Origin: Armatimonadota bacterium
Lineage (GTDB): Bacteria > Vulcanimicrobiota > JACPDS01 > JBDRKI01
DNA: 27,802 bases
Direction of reading: 5' to 3'
Assembly (NCBI GenBank): GCA_043814095.1
Contig: JBDRKI010000127.1
Location: 1-27,802 of the forward strand
Positions 26,578-27,802 of the stretch are shown here, piece after piece. The number at the start of each line of letters is the position of its first letter. Position 1 is the stretch's first letter. A program made the position numbers and the translations under genes. Below the pieces are notes generated by a model. That model was given only the letters and a program-made list of their open reading frames with translations, was not told the origin of the DNA and searched no databases.

Positions 26578-27802
26578 TTGGGACTTTACGACTGGCTTAA
26601 TAATGCGGTTAACCTTGTAAAAATAGTTGAATCCTCTTCCGCAAAGCGGGAGATGACTTTTGATATTATTGATGAGAGAAACTTTGATAAATATATTAAT
26701 TCTGATATAGGAACTAAGTTCCTCGCCTACCTTAAAAAGAAAGATCTTACTCTCTGGAAGATCATAGTAGACAACCAGAGAAAATTAAAAGGCATTAAGG
26801 GAAAAGAAGCAGCCTACCTTAAAAATAAAAAAGCTACCCTTTTAAAATTATTTAATGAATATCATGCTAAGAACTCTAACTACAACTCTTATGTTACAGT
26901 ATCTAACTGCCCTAAAATATTAAAATCATCTTTAGGATATAACTTCTTAAGAATACTTAAAAGAGATTATCCGGTCCTCCATAAAGGATTCATGCAGAAA
27001 GGTTATGACGGAATTCAGGATAATACTAAAGTATTCTTCGCGCATCTTTTTAACAGATACTTTAAATCAGGATGTAATAAAATCGAACTGGGACACCGGT
27101 CAGAATACATAAAGAAGATGGTATTCTGGGCTAAAGGTAAGCATATACATTCTGCTAAAAAGAAAGTATATTCCAAACCCGTAAATGAGAATACCGATCC
27201 GGTCAGGTATGACCCGGATTATCTTAATCTTCTCTTATCATCATCTTCGGGATATAATTTCCTTCAGAAACTTAAAGTATCATGTTCTAAGCTTCATAGA
27301 GTATATATACAGCAGAATGAACCTAAACTTACAAATCTTAAAAAGTTTGATAAAAAAGCTTACGGGTTATTAGCCGGATTATACGGCAGATATCTTAATT
27401 CGGGAAAAGTCCCCAAAACAGCTTACAGAACGCCTCAGGAAGAAGAACAAAGAATATCTTCATTTGTTAGAAAGAACCTTAAGACACCCGAAGATATAAC
27501 TAAATGCATAGAAAAGATAGAGAAGCTCCCCGCAGAAGACGCATTTATTGCCAAAAAAGTGTTTAAAGATATATTCTTTAAAAAATCACTTATGAGCAAG
27601 AACCCCGATTATGTTAGAAGATACCTGGAATTCGTTAAATTATACCTTGCAGAATTCTTCACATCAGGATCACCGGATTATGCGGGATTAATTAAAGAAG
27701 GCAAAGATGTTCTGGGAGACCTCTACTACTTTACAGATTATATAACCGGGAAGATGGATGAAAGATACATCCTTGCAGGCTTAAAGGATAGATACAATAT
27801 CG
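26578..27802 (+). CDS. Large orphan protein (at least 408 aa, runs off the window) with three internal repeats; absent from the ORF track
   Basis: GGGGGAG RBS then TTG at 26578. Manual translation MGLYDWLNNAVNLVKIVESS...LAGLKDRYNI has no stop codon to the window end. Confidence 0.85.
   Translation, partial: MGLYDWLNNAVNLVKIVESSSAKREMTFDIIDERNFDKYINSDIGTKFLAYLKKKDLTLWKIIVDNQRKLKGIKGKEAAYLKNKKATLLKLFNEYHAKNSNYNSYVTVSNCPKILKSSLGYNFLRILKRDYPVLHKGFMQKGYDGIQDNTKVFFAHLFNRYFKSGCNKIELGHRSEYIKKMVFWAKGKHIHSAKKKVYSKPVNENTDPVRYDPDYLNLLLSSSSGYNFLQKLKVSCSKLHRVYIQQNEPKLTNLKKFDKKAYGLLAGLYGRYLNSGKVPKTAYRTPQEEEQRISSFVRKNLKTPEDITKCIEKIEKLPAEDAFIAKKVFKDIFFKKSLMSKNPDYVRRYLEFVKLYLAEFFTSGSPDYAGLIKEGKDVLGDLYYFTDYITGKMDERYILAGLKDRYNI

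Noticed and set aside
502-27373. Numerous 60-150 aa antisense or overlapping ORFs in the track (e.g. 1897..2217, 12341..12769, 18376..18837, 27185..27373)
   Set aside because: Shadow frames of well-supported genes, with no recognisable motifs.
1-27802. tRNA, rRNA, riboswitch, CRISPR array or reverse-transcriptase system
   Set aside because: None recognised. Intergenic regions are short and AT-rich. A covariance-model search was not possible.

Overview
Low-GC bacterial chromosomal segment. A GT9 heptosyltransferase domain suggests a diderm, LPS-making organism; taxonomy cannot be assigned from sequence alone. Most of it is housekeeping: hflX, a NupC-type transporter, ftsK, an M20 amidohydrolase, a CBS protein, nnr, acpS, a CHASE2-GGDEF cyclase, rplM-rpsI, a TrmH methylase, a pseudokinase-receiver hybrid, a DHS-like protein and a six-gene glycosyltransferase/ArnT cluster. 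Accessory genes sit among these: the probable end of a TGT-terminated insertion element (1-141), two paralogous EF-hand-like/HEAT-repeat genes, an RHH/RelE toxin-antitoxin pair and orphan genes. One orphan (26578 to the window end) is missing from the ORF track and carries three internal repeats. The strongest unexplained signal is an identical 19-bp element, TTGTTAACAAAATGTTAAC. It occurs in three intergenic regions (3300, 6494 inverted, 26469), each beside an orphan gene. Two copies extend into a conserved promoter-to-start cassette (box, extended -10, GGAGGCRTATATG) ahead of unrelated proteins. This suggests a dispersed, activator-dependent regulon of lineage-specific genes (inference).
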